Source of the DNA: Deltaproteobacteria bacterium
Lineage (GTDB): Bacteria; Desulfobacterota; BSN033; UBA1163
Length of the DNA stretch: 64,000 nt
Direction of reading: 5' to 3'
Assembly (NCBI GenBank): GCA_016875195.1
Contig: VGRY01000006.1
Location: 27,541 to 91,540 of the forward strand
A model generated the notes under the pieces. It saw nothing but the letters and a program-made list of their open reading frames with translations, was not told the origin of the DNA and did no database searches. Position 1 is the stretch's first letter. Each line of letters opens with the position of its first letter. The translations under genes and the position numbers were made by a program. This document shows positions 1 through 9,062 of the stretch, piece after piece.

Positions 1-942
1 GTCTGACCGGTTCTTCTGAGCCCAGGAGATATAGACCGGCGCTTCATAACCCGGGACCAACCGCTTATAGGAGTTCACCCATTGATTGGTGACCAGAGTG
101 ATCTCCCGCGCATGCTTCATCAGGCCGGCAATATAATATTTACCTATCGCCGACAGATGGTACTCATCCTTAGGATCGAAAAAGGCATTCTTACTCCCTT
201 TGAAAAGGGACTGATGGGTATGCATCCCGCTTCCATTGATGCCAAAAACGGGTTTGGGCATGAAGCTGGCGTAAACATTATTTTTTAAAGCCACTTCCTT
301 GACTACCAGCCGGTAAATCATCGTGCTGTCAGCCATGGTCAAGGCATCCTTGTACTTGAGATCAATCTCATGCTGGCTGGGGGCTGCCTCATGATGGCAG
401 TATTCAACCTGCACTCCCATCTCTTCCAGGGTTGTCACAGCCTGTTTGCGGAGATCGCTTGCTACATCCATGGGTGTCAGGTCGAAATAGCCTCCTGAGT
501 CGAGAAGCTCCGGTTTGCCCGAAGAGTTTTTAAAAAAGAAGAACTCCAGCTCAGGGCCCACATTGAAGGTGTATCCCATCTTGTGAGCCCTCTCTAAATT
601 CTTTTTTAACACCCAGCGGGGATCACTCTGATAGGGCTTTCCATCCGGTTGGAGGATATCGCAGAACATGACTGCCACGACATGGTCGTTCGCCTTCCAG
701 GGGAAAATTCTGAAGGTGGATGGATCCGGTTTTGCCACCATGTCGCTTTCGTCAATCCTTGCGAAACCGGCCACAGAGGAGCCGTCAAACCCCATCCCGT
801 CTTCAAGAGCTGCCTCCAGCTCACGGATGGTGATGGCAAAGCTTTTCAAAAAACCGAGGATATCGGAGAACCAGAGCCTAACAAACCTGACTTTTTTCTC
901 CTTAGCAATCCGTAAAACGTCTTTTTTACCCAGTTTAGCCAT
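1..942 (-). CDS. glnA: Glutamine synthetase type I, paralog 1 (first 314 codons; C-terminus lies beyond the window start)
   Basis: Own translation of the minus strand from ATG 942-940: MAKLGKKDVLRIAKEKKVRFVRLWFSDILGF..GMGFDGSSVAGF..GPELEFFFF..HHEAAPSQHEIDLKY..NGSGMHTHQSLF..SYKRLVPGYEAP. The frame is open to position 1, so it is absent from the ORF track. It is colinear with the complete GlnA at 53800-55122. Confidence 0.92.
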   Translation of the reverse strand, partial: MAKLGKKDVLRIAKEKKVRFVRLWFSDILGFLKSFAITIRELEAALEDGMGFDGSSVAGFARIDESDMVAKPDPSTFRIFPWKANDHVVAVMFCDILQPDGKPYQSDPRWVLKKNLERAHKMGYTFNVGPELEFFFFKNSSGKPELLDSGGYFDLTPMDVASDLRKQAVTTLEEMGVQVEYCHHEAAPSQHEIDLKYKDALTMADSTMIYRLVVKEVALKNNVYASFMPKPVFGINGSGMHTHQSLFKGSKNAFFDPKDEYHLSAIGKYYIAGLMKHAREITLVTNQWVNSYKRLVPGYEAPVYISWAQKNRSD

Positions 943-1027
943 ACGGTCCCCCTCTGATTAAAAATTATATATAGATCAGGTTTAGCATAATCTCCCTTCT
1001 CCGGTCAACCCCAATGGTTTCTTATAT

Positions 1028-1056
1028 TTGACAACGCTTCACCTTTTTTGTAAATT
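1028..1056 (+). promoter_or_regulatory. sigma70-type promoter TTGACA-N17-TAAATT for the GAF-ANTAR gene
   Basis: TTGACA at 1028-1033, 17-nt spacer, TAAATT at 1051-1056, about 30 nt upstream of the 1088 start. The same TTGAC(A/T)-N17-TAnAnn architecture recurs at 11993, 14033, 27909, 49894 and 63799. Confidence 0.45.
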
Positions 1057-1087
1057 AAATTCAAATGACTGAGAAAGGAGTCCGCCT

Positions 1088-1792
1088 TTGCTCTACAAAA
1101 AGACTTCCTACAAACAGCAGATCAAAGCTCTGACCGAAATCAGTAAAGCCATCTCATCGGATAGGTACTTAGACGATATTTTAAAACTGATCGTAACAGT
1201 CACGGCCAATGTGATGGACTCAAAGATATGTTCTCTCTGGCTTCTCGATGAGGAAGAGAAGGCTCTCAAAATCCGTGCCACACAGACCATGAGCGAGGAA
1301 TATCTTAAGGAAAGGAGCCTGAAATTAGGCGAGGGTGTGGTGGGTTATGTGGCCCAGACCAAAAAACCCCTGGCCATTCTCGATGTCTTGAAGGAGCCAC
1401 GGTATAAGGAAAAAGAGCTGGCCCAGAAGGAGAGCCTGGTATCCATGATCAGCGTTCCGCTGGCCGTAAAAGATAAAGTGATCGGAGTGATCAACTGTTA
1501 TACTTCTTACTCCCATCAATTTACCGAGGCTGAGAAGGAGATGCTCACCGCTGTTGCCAGTCAGGCTGCCATCTGTATTGAGAGCGCAGAGCTGATGGTA
1601 AAAACCAAGGTCATCCAGGAAGAACTGGAGATCCGAAAACTGGTGGAGAGAGCCAAGGGGATTTTAATGAAACGGCATGGGCTGAACGAAGAAGAAGCGT
1701 TCAAACGAATCCGGAAAGCCAGCATGGACAGCCGGAAGACCATGCGCGACATTGCCGAAGCAATCCTCCTCACCGATAAAATGGGAGGATAG
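1088..1792 (+). CDS. One-component GAF-ANTAR RNA-binding antitermination regulator
   Basis: N-terminal GAF domain (residues ~14-170). C-terminal ANTAR signature EELEIRKLVERAKGILMKRHGLNEEEAFKRIRKASMDSRKTMRDIAEAIL. No receiver domain. Confidence 0.88.
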   Translation: MLYKKTSYKQQIKALTEISKAISSDRYLDDILKLIVTVTANVMDSKICSLWLLDEEEKALKIRATQTMSEEYLKERSLKLGEGVVGYVAQTKKPLAILDVLKEPRYKEKELAQKESLVSMISVPLAVKDKVIGVINCYTSYSHQFTEAEKEMLTAVASQAAICIESAELMVKTKVIQEELEIRKLVERAKGILMKRHGLNEEEAFKRIRKASMDSRKTMRDIAEAILLTDKMGG

Positions 1793-1865
1793 TTTCTAGG
1801 TGAATTAATTTGTGAGTATAAGGCAACCCTGCAGTGGCGGAGTGATATGTTATTAGACGGATCAT

Positions 1866-2001
1866 AAATCCGAATCACGAAATCCGAAATTCGAAACAAT
1901 CTCAAATGACCAAATTCCAAATGTTCGGGAAAAAGTTTAAGGCATTTGGATTTTGAAAATTCGGATTTGTTTCGGATTTCGATATTCGAATTTCGATATT
2001 T
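1866..2001. repeat. Long imperfect palindrome built from CGAAAT/ATTTCG-type words (intergenic hairpin element E1)
   Basis: Left arm aaatccgaatcacgaaatccgaaattcgaaac..ccaaattccaaatg. Right arm catttggattttg..gtttcggatttcgatattcgaatttcgatattt. Lies between convergent genes 1088-1792 and 2044-3789. Confidence 0.7.
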
Positions 2002-2043
2002 ACCAATTCTAAAATCCTAATAGCTTTTCCCACAATCCACGAA

Positions 2044-3789
2044 TCAAACCTTACCCATGGCTGTTTCGATCTTTGGTTTTAAGGAGTTAAAATCCACCTT
2101 CTGCTCTTCACAGGCTTTCCGTATCGTGATCGCCCTTCCAAGAGTCTTTCGAAGAAGTGGATTGGTAATCTTCTCAAACCCCGCCTCTTTCAAAACCGGA
2201 ATCACCCCGGGAAACTGCTCGGTCAGGGCATAAACGGTTTCGTTTCCGGTAAAGACCTCGATGGGCTTTTCTTCATAAGCCTCTTCCTTTGTCATCGTCA
2301 CCCATATATTGACTCCAAAGAGGATCAGGGCGAGGACCTCTAAAAAACCGGTGAATCCTACAATATGATGGATGGTCGGATTTTTTGTGACCGAAAGGAT
2401 TTCAAATCCGATCCTGGCCCCATTGCCGATATTCAAAAGCCAGAAGGTCCAATGGGTCAGACGATTACTCCAGATTCGGTTCCCCGTAAAAACAGGAAGC
2501 ATCTTCATCGAATAGCCGATCATGAGCATGCTCACAAAACCAACCGTATAGCCATGATTCGCCGCCCCTCTTAACATGTGCTGGGTATAAGGATCTTTTG
2601 AAAAAAGTTGAAAGAGGGCAACCCCGAAAGAGATTGCCAGCCAGCCGTAACCCACACGGATGAAGCGCTCGTGGCTCCGATCCATCTGAACATCATCCAG
2701 GTCTCCCACCTTCTTTTCGAAAACCCTCAATGAACCGATGAAGAACCAGGTAAAATGGCTGATGATCAGAAGGGTCACAAAATAGATTCCTTGAATTCTG
2801 GTCAGCGCAGAGATGACGTATCCGATTAAGCCGATATTGTAGATGTAAAAGAATTTTCGGATTAACCCTTCTCGAACAGGGGGCGTATCCAGAAAAGAAG
2901 GTAGGGTCTTTGCAGAGATGCCAAAGATGAAATTAAAGGCAAACCCCATGAGAAAGAGATGCACCCAGGCGCTGAAGAGATAAGGAGGAACTGAACCTGC
3001 GATCAAAGGATTGTCTGATGGGAATTGACCCAGATAGAGCTGTAGATTGAGAATGGAGTAAACGATTCCACTGATCAGAAACCAAACAATTCCGACAAGA
3101 AGAAAATTATCCTGAATTCCTTTGGGTTCTCTGCTCTGTTTGAGGGTCTTCAGGCAAACAACCAGAAAGATGGCTGCGGCTCCTGTATCCAGACCCCCTG
3201 CAATCAATGGATAAAGAGGCGTATTCGATTCCTCAACATAATAGAAAAGGGCACGGATGATCAACCCGGCGAGCACCAGGTAATAACTGAGATTTGCCCA
3301 TTTTCTTCCAACCAGAGTCGTTCCTTTCAAACGAGGGAGGATGAAATAAAAGAACCCCATGATATAGAGGCCGACCCATCCTATCAATTGGCTTGAACCG
3401 TGCATCTGAATTGCCCTCTTTGATAGGACATCAAAAGAACCGCCCATTCCAGCTTCAAAGAGTTTGACCGCTCCGTAAAGGCACCCTGTCGTTACTGAGA
3501 CGATCAGCGCAGTTTTAACAAACTTCTGGTAGATCGTATCGCCGATCAAAGAAGGATCAATCTCAATGGCTTCTATCTTTCCCGGCTTTTCAGAGATGGC
3601 TGCTTCAAGTTCCTGGGCAAACTGCTCATATTCAACCCCGTGGGCCTTTGTAAAAAAGGCCATGGGTTCATGGGGTCCGCAGGATTTACCAACGATGAGC
3701 AGGTTATACTTCTGGAAAACCTTTGCCGTCTCCGGATATTGATCCAGAACCTCTTTCACCGTCATGTTTCGATCGATATGCTTTGCCAT
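2044..3789 (-). CDS. Polytopic membrane protein: DUF1858 - NnrS-like multi-TM core - DUF1858
   Basis: N-terminus MTVKEVLDQYPETAKVFQKYNL..CGPHEPM and C-terminus ETVYALTEQFPGVIPVLKEAGF..LGRAITIRKACEE look like DUF1858 (hybrid-cluster-protein-associated) domains. The middle ~400 aa is strongly hydrophobic with ~12 helices, resembling the NnrS family. Confidence 0.65.
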   Translation of the reverse strand: MAKHIDRNMTVKEVLDQYPETAKVFQKYNLLIVGKSCGPHEPMAFFTKAHGVEYEQFAQELEAAISEKPGKIEAIEIDPSLIGDTIYQKFVKTALIVSVTTGCLYGAVKLFEAGMGGSFDVLSKRAIQMHGSSQLIGWVGLYIMGFFYFILPRLKGTTLVGRKWANLSYYLVLAGLIIRALFYYVEESNTPLYPLIAGGLDTGAAAIFLVVCLKTLKQSREPKGIQDNFLLVGIVWFLISGIVYSILNLQLYLGQFPSDNPLIAGSVPPYLFSAWVHLFLMGFAFNFIFGISAKTLPSFLDTPPVREGLIRKFFYIYNIGLIGYVISALTRIQGIYFVTLLIISHFTWFFIGSLRVFEKKVGDLDDVQMDRSHERFIRVGYGWLAISFGVALFQLFSKDPYTQHMLRGAANHGYTVGFVSMLMIGYSMKMLPVFTGNRIWSNRLTHWTFWLLNIGNGARIGFEILSVTKNPTIHHIVGFTGFLEVLALILFGVNIWVTMTKEEAYEEKPIEVFTGNETVYALTEQFPGVIPVLKEAGFEKITNPLLRKTLGRAITIRKACEEQKVDFNSLKPKIETAMGKV

Positions 3790-3821
3790 CTAAACCACCT
3801 CTTTATTTTGTCTTTGATTTA

Positions 3822-3863
3822 ACTATAACGATTCATTAGATAAATTTCATTGACTTGTGTCAA
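3822..3863 (-). promoter_or_regulatory. CRP/FNR-type palindrome TTGAC-N4-GTCAA with TATAGT -10 at class-II spacing
   Basis: TTGACTTGTGTCAA at 3850-3863. On the minus strand TATAGT (3827-3822) starts 22 nt after the box, so the box centre is about -41.5. Lies upstream of the NnrS-like gene start at 3789. Confidence 0.4.
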
Positions 3864-3926
3864 AAAAACTCTTGCATTTAAATCTTTGGATAATTACCTT
3901 TTGATTAAAAAAACGGGGAGGTTCAA

Positions 3927-4376
3927 ATGATCAAAGATGATCGGAATTATCACCAGAGACTACAGGAATTCTGCGACTGTTATATGGAGACAGACCCCAA
4001 AAAGGAATTAGAGAAGGCGAGTAAAGGGGTCTCCGGGGATCCGGGCAGGGATATGGATGAATTAGCCCTTAAGTTTCTTGGACTTGGAATTTTTTATGGG
4101 GTCAGCGAGAAGGCAAAAAAGTTTACTCTCCAGCAATCAAAAGAGGGAAAGGTCATTTTTACGATAGAATCTCGTGGTCAATATCAGCTCTCCCCTCCTG
4201 GCATCCAGGTGGCAGACCGTATCATCTCCATTGCCCGGTCCATCACCCACATTGATGCGGACCGGGGGAGCGAACCTGTCTCTTTGGGTTTAAGGAACGA
4301 TCGAATAGAATTAACTTTCCAATTCGACCGTACTGAAAAAGGAGAAACGTTCTCGGTTCTGTTCCCGGAACTTTAG
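3927..4376 (+). CDS. Hypothetical protein (149 aa)
   Basis: ORF with SD-like ggggagg 8 nt upstream of the ATG. No family recognised. Confidence 0.5.
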   Translation: MIKDDRNYHQRLQEFCDCYMETDPKKELEKASKGVSGDPGRDMDELALKFLGLGIFYGVSEKAKKFTLQQSKEGKVIFTIESRGQYQLSPPGIQVADRIISIARSITHIDADRGSEPVSLGLRNDRIELTFQFDRTEKGETFSVLFPEL

Positions 4377-5044
4377 AGTGGATTGTGTTCACAGAAACAC
4401 CCAAACGTCCCAAACTCGCAACAATTGGGAATCTCATCCAATCTGACACATTTTCCGCAAAACTCCCCAGGGTCTTTAACTCCATGGCAGGGGACAACCA
4501 CTCCGGGGCAAACAAAATCGCACCCACGACAGAGGCGGCAGGTATCCGGCCTTACCTCAAAAGGCATACTCACCTTTCTGTCCATTCCCCTGCCCGCAAA
4601 TCCGAGTGCCCTTCCATCCATCTGCTCATAACACATCCGGATGCAGAGGCCGCAGAGTACGCACCGGTTGTCTTCCATAGGAAATCGGACTTTGAGAAGC
4701 CCCATACGAGCGGCTATATCCTGCGCAATCTTCACATTGGGGGCACTGGCGACCATCAGTTCTGCCAGCATCTTTCGTGCACGGATGATCCTTGGGCTCT
4801 TGGTTTGAATCACCAGGCCATCTCTCACCTCGTATGTGCAAGCCGTATCGACAAACGGTTTGCTGCCATTGTTGGCAATCTCTACCACACAGATCCGACA
4901 TCCTCCATAAGGGGTGAGGTGCTCCATGAAACACATCGTTGGGATATGGATCCCAAATTCGCGTCCGGCCTGAAGGACGGTACTCCCCTTCTCTACCTCT
5001 AACAATCTCCCATCGATGGTGATATGAACGGTCTCTCTTTTCAT
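4373..5044 (-). CDS. Fe-S subunit: NuoG/HndD N-terminal-like 2Fe-2S plus 4Fe-4S clusters, no catalytic domain
   Basis: ITIDGRLLEVEKGSTVLQAGREFGIHIPTMCF..GGCRICVVEI matches the 2Fe-2S fer2_4 type. This is followed by Cys-rich CVLCGLCIRMC and CRLCRGCDFVCP motifs. Confidence 0.8.
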   Translation of the reverse strand: MKRETVHITIDGRLLEVEKGSTVLQAGREFGIHIPTMCFMEHLTPYGGCRICVVEIANNGSKPFVDTACTYEVRDGLVIQTKSPRIIRARKMLAELMVASAPNVKIAQDIAARMGLLKVRFPMEDNRCVLCGLCIRMCYEQMDGRALGFAGRGMDRKVSMPFEVRPDTCRLCRGCDFVCPGVVVPCHGVKDPGEFCGKCVRLDEIPNCCEFGTFGCFCEHNPL

Positions 5045-5122
5045 TTTTCCTCTCCTTTACCGGATGAGTATCAAAAAGGTCATGCTGAATTTATTTCAGC
5101 ATCTCTGCCTAAAATAAGCAGA

Positions 5123-5250
5123 TTATAGTGGACGACTTTTAAAAGTAGTCATTGCGAGGAGCGAAGCGACGTGGCAATCCCATGAGATTGCTTCACTTCG
5201 TTCGCAATGACACATGATGGATGTCAATTTATTTAAGTCGTTCACTATAG
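5123..5250. repeat. Nested imperfect palindrome (element E2) inside the nuoF-like / Fe-S subunit intergenic gap
   Basis: Outer arms tatagtggacgac / gtcgttcactata match 12 of 13 positions. Inner arms are gtcattgcgaggagcgaagcgacgtggcaatc / gattgcttcacttcgttcgcaatgac. Confidence 0.7.
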
Positions 5251-5329
5251 TAATCCTATTTGAGAACTCCTGAGACCCTGAAACAAGTCAATGCGACTCG
5301 AAACTGAGTTCAGGGTGACATAACTGGAT

Positions 5330-7183
5330 TTATTGAATCATCACGGCCTCTGCTTTGCACACATCTTTACAGGAACCGCATTTTGAGCAGAGCTCTGTAA
5401 GGATATGGTGGACCTGCTTCTTCTTTCCTTCAATAGCCTGTGTTGGGCAGATCTTTGCACAGGCGCCACATCCTGTACATTCATCTGAGATGGAGTATTG
5501 GATAAGAGGTGTACATACGCCAGCGGGACATCTCTTCTTATGAATATGAGCCTCAAACTCAGATCTGAAATACCTCAAAGCTGAAAGAACCGGATTGGGA
5601 GCTGTCTTTCCCAGACCACAGAGCGACGTATCGCCAACTACTTCGGCCAAATCTTGAAGAAGCGCCAGGCTCTCTCCATCCCCTTTTCCTTCGGTGATGT
5701 CGTCAAGAATTCCCCCCATCCTTTTTAATCCTTCACGGCAGGGGAGACATTTCCCGCAGGATTCCTCCTGCAGGAAGTGAACAAAATATTTTGCTACATC
5801 GACCATGCAGGTCCCTTCATCCATCACGATCATTCCGCCAGAGCCCATCATAGAACCAGCCTCAGTGAGGCTGTCGAAATCGACCGGCAGGTGAAAGAGA
5901 GAGGCTGGAATGCAGCCACCGGATGGCCCCCCTGTTTGAACGGCTTTAATCTTTTTCCCGTTCTGTTGACCGCCTCCAATGTCGAAGATAATCTTTTTGA
6001 GGGTCATGCCCATGGGTACTTCCACCAAACCTGTATTCTTCACCTTCCCTACCAGGGAGAAGATCTTTGTCCCTTTGCTCTTCTCGGTGCCGATGGAGGA
6101 GAACCACTCGCTTCCCTTTTCGATGATCAAAGGAACATTGGCCCACGTCTCAACATTGTTGAGATTGGTAGGCTTCCCCCAGAGCCCCTGTTTCACCGTA
6201 TGAACCTGCTTGCTCCTGGGCTCTCCAACCCGACCCTCGATCGACGCAATCAATGCCGTTGACTCTCCACAGACAAAGGCTCCGCCTCCCTTGGAAATCT
6301 CCACATCGAAATCGAATCCCGAGTCCAGAATGTTTTTCCCGAGCAAACCAACCTTCCTCGCCTGTTGAACCGCAATCTCTGCATTCTTGTGCGCCAGGGG
6401 ATATTCATGCCTCACATAGATGTACCCCTGGCTGGCGCCGATCGCATAGGCTCCGATCAACATCCCTTCAAGGACGGAATGAGGATTGCCTTCCATCAGG
6501 GCTCTGTCCATAAAAGCTCCGGGGTCTCCCTCGTCGCAGTTGCAGATAACATATTTAGGTGTTCCGGGTGCTTTTTTACAGTCCTCCCATTTTTTCCCGG
6601 TCGGATAACCTGCTCCACCCCTTCCTCTTAAACCAGAGGTCTTGATCTCTTCGATAATCGCAGTGGGTTCCATTTTAAACAGTGCTTTGGCCAACGATTG
6701 ATAACCTCCAACCGATAGATAATCCTCAATATGGGTTGGATCAATCAGATCATTCCGGCTGAGGAGGACTCTCATCTGAGACCGATAAAAAGGAATTTCA
6801 TTGGCAGAAGTAAGTTTCTGTTTGGCGCCCGAATCTTCAAAGAGAAGACGCTCCACCTTTTTACCTTTCTGAATGGTTTTTGAAATGATCTCTGAAACAT
6901 CCTCGGGTTTCACTTTTTGATAGAAAATATCCTGCGGGAGAATGGTCACAAGAGGCCCCCTCTCACAAAAACCCGGGCATCCAGTAACCTTTAAGGCCAC
7001 CTTTTCCTTTAAATTTTTCGTTTTCGTTAATTCTTTCTGGAATGCCTCTTTGACTTGTTGGCAGTCATAGGCCTGACATCCGGTGCCACCGCAAACCGAT
7101 ACGATCATCTCATGGCGCTTCTCTTTTAAGAGGATATCCTCTCTCCACTTCTCCAGGTCCTTAAGTGATTTGACTTTTCTCAT
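5330..7183 (-). CDS. NuoF/HydB/HndC-like flavoprotein (NADH-binding, FMN, multiple Fe-S)
   Basis: N-terminal thioredoxin-like 2Fe-2S ([17 protein letters not shown]). [17 protein letters not shown] and [11 protein letters not shown] are NuoF FMN/NADH motifs. [12 protein letters not shown] is the NuoF 4Fe-4S motif. C-terminal 2x CxxCxxCxxxCP ferredoxin. Confidence 0.92.
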   Translation of the reverse strand: MRKVKSLKDLEKWREDILLKEKRHEMIVSVCGGTGCQAYDCQQVKEAFQKELTKTKNLKEKVALKVTGCPGFCERGPLVTILPQDIFYQKVKPEDVSEIISKTIQKGKKVERLLFEDSGAKQKLTSANEIPFYRSQMRVLLSRNDLIDPTHIEDYLSVGGYQSLAKALFKMEPTAIIEEIKTSGLRGRGGAGYPTGKKWEDCKKAPGTPKYVICNCDEGDPGAFMDRALMEGNPHSVLEGMLIGAYAIGASQGYIYVRHEYPLAHKNAEIAVQQARKVGLLGKNILDSGFDFDVEISKGGGAFVCGESTALIASIEGRVGEPRSKQVHTVKQGLWGKPTNLNNVETWANVPLIIEKGSEWFSSIGTEKSKGTKIFSLVGKVKNTGLVEVPMGMTLKKIIFDIGGGQQNGKKIKAVQTGGPSGGCIPASLFHLPVDFDSLTEAGSMMGSGGMIVMDEGTCMVDVAKYFVHFLQEESCGKCLPCREGLKRMGGILDDITEGKGDGESLALLQDLAEVVGDTSLCGLGKTAPNPVLSALRYFRSEFEAHIHKKRCPAGVCTPLIQYSISDECTGCGACAKICPTQAIEGKKKQVHHILTELCSKCGSCKDVCKAEAVMIQ

Positions 7184-7725
7184 GACTTCACCCCGCTCGG
7201 TTTATTATTTATTTTCTCAATAATTTTTTTGGCTTTGATTGAAGTCATCTCCCCATAAAACTTCTGGTCCACCATCATGACCGGGCCAATGGCACATACC
7301 CCGAGGCAGTTCACCACATTCAGAGAAAACTGTTTATCTGGAGTGGTCTGCCCTGGTTCGATACGGAGGAGACTCTTAAGTTCCCTTAAAATCTTTGGGC
7401 CTCCCCGAACATGGCATGCCGTCCCAAGACAGAGGGTAATGGAATGCTTTCCTTGAGGAACAAGGGTGAAGGACTTGTAGAAAGTCGCAACGCCATAGAC
7501 CTCATTGATGTCCATCCGGAGTCTTGACGCAACCACCTTAAGCGCCTCGATCGGGAGATATTTATACCGGTCCTGAACATCATGAAGGATGCTGATGAGG
7601 GCTGTCCTCTTTTCCTGATGCCTGTCTACGATTAAATCCACTGTTTTTAGGTCCATTTCACCTCCAAAATTATGTTTAGTTAACTTTTGTAAGATAAATA
7701 CATTTTCACTTAAATTATTTTGCAA
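7180..7725 (-). CDS. NuoE/HndA-like thioredoxin-fold 2Fe-2S subunit
   Basis: [60 protein letters not shown]. Overlaps the nuoF-like start by 4 nt. Confidence 0.9.
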   Translation of the reverse strand: MQNNLSENVFILQKLTKHNFGGEMDLKTVDLIVDRHQEKRTALISILHDVQDRYKYLPIEALKVVASRLRMDINEVYGVATFYKSFTLVPQGKHSITLCLGTACHVRGGPKILRELKSLLRIEPGQTTPDKQFSLNVVNCLGVCAIGPVMMVDQKFYGEMTSIKAKKIIEKINNKPSGVKS

Positions 7726-7754
7726 AAAAATTTCATTTTAAGTTTTACTTAAAT

Positions 7755-9062
7755 TCACCATCCTGCCCTGGGAGGGCTCAATACCCATAGGACAATAGCA
7801 TCTCCTTTCCCAGTATTGACCCATCTTATAGGGATTGATGAGCCTATATAAAGGCTATCTCCCTGTCTTAATATCTGTTTTTCATCCTGGAATTCTACCT
7901 CCAGATATCCTTCGATGACGTATATAAATTCATCGCCTTTATGTTTATAAAAATGCCCTTTGATCACTGCTCCCTCTTTAATGGTTAGTAGATAGGGCTC
8001 CATTCTTCGGTTGATCGCATCCGAAACCAATAGCTGAAGTTTGATATCTACACCCTTCAGTCCGGGGAGTTGAATATCCTGCCTTTCTCCGGATTTGATC
8101 ACCATTTTTTGTTGAGGACCGCTTTCACCCTCCACCAGAAAGTAGATGGGTTGGGTATTCAATTTCTCGCTCAATTTGAGAAGGGAATCGAGCGAGGGGC
8201 TGATCAGGTTCTTTTCTAACTGCGAGATAAAACTCGGGGTCAGGCCCACCTGCTCGGCCAGTTCCTTCTGGGTCATCCCTATCTTCTTCCTTAATGTTCT
8301 AACCTTGTCACCCAGGTTGCTGGGCGCTCGCCCCCCTATGGAAGGGAAGATGATATCCTCATCCCATACTTCATAATGTTTCGGAAGAAAGGCGCTCCTT
8401 GAAAACCGACCCTCAATCTTAATCGCCTTCAAAAAGAGGTCTCCATCCTGTTTTTCGAGCCCAATGGCCACCTGAGTGATATGTCTCAGATTGGCTTTAA
8501 AGGCCGGAGAATGAGCTTCTTTCTCCAACACCCAGTAAGCCACGGTTTGAAGGTCATAAAGCCGGGGGCAGGAGTAGGTGAAAAATTTGTAGGTCACATT
8601 CTCATCGCCCCAGATGTCCTGCATTCCAGTGAGACTGTCGAAGATATAACGAACGCCCGCTCCCTTCTCGATTTCTACTCGATCCATGGCAACGCGAAAT
8701 TGCGAAAGATCCTTCGGGTTTTCAACTTTAATAACATTGCCCTTAAACCCTTCCCGTTCTTTCTCATAGAATTGGACAAACAGGGGGTCACTGTTCCCCT
8801 TTCCAGAGGTGAAGCAGTCTAAGATGGTTAAATATTCTAAATGGGGAAGATGGGATAAGCGTTTAGTCAGGGTGGAGGGAGAGGCATTGAAACTGACGTA
8901 AACCAGATTGTAACCGCTCTTTAAATTGTGCTCGATAAACCGTTGGAGGAAGGTTTCGATATAACTCCCTGCCTCCACTTCCCAGAGCACATTATCCCCG
9001 GCCTTGAGGAAACCAAGGATATGATCAACATAATTAATTCCAGTCGAAATTTTTAAGCTCAT
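7755..9062 (-). CDS. Transcription regulator: KaiC/RecA-like pseudo-ATPase domain + XRE HTH + cupin
   Basis: N-terminal domain with GDNVLWEVE in place of a Walker A. HTH MTQKELAEQVGLTPSFISQLEKN. C-terminal cupin (GDEFIYVIEGYLEV). The ORF track starts at TTG 9137, but that TTG is the TTGACA of a TTGACA-N15-TATAAT motif. ATG 9062 (MSLKISTGINYVDHILG) aligns with the paralogous N-terminus of 9316-11964. Confidence 0.7.
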   Translation of the reverse strand: MSLKISTGINYVDHILGFLKAGDNVLWEVEAGSYIETFLQRFIEHNLKSGYNLVYVSFNASPSTLTKRLSHLPHLEYLTILDCFTSGKGNSDPLFVQFYEKEREGFKGNVIKVENPKDLSQFRVAMDRVEIEKGAGVRYIFDSLTGMQDIWGDENVTYKFFTYSCPRLYDLQTVAYWVLEKEAHSPAFKANLRHITQVAIGLEKQDGDLFLKAIKIEGRFSRSAFLPKHYEVWDEDIIFPSIGGRAPSNLGDKVRTLRKKIGMTQKELAEQVGLTPSFISQLEKNLISPSLDSLLKLSEKLNTQPIYFLVEGESGPQQKMVIKSGERQDIQLPGLKGVDIKLQLLVSDAINRRMEPYLLTIKEGAVIKGHFYKHKGDEFIYVIEGYLEVEFQDEKQILRQGDSLYIGSSIPIRWVNTGKGDAIVLWVLSPPRAGW

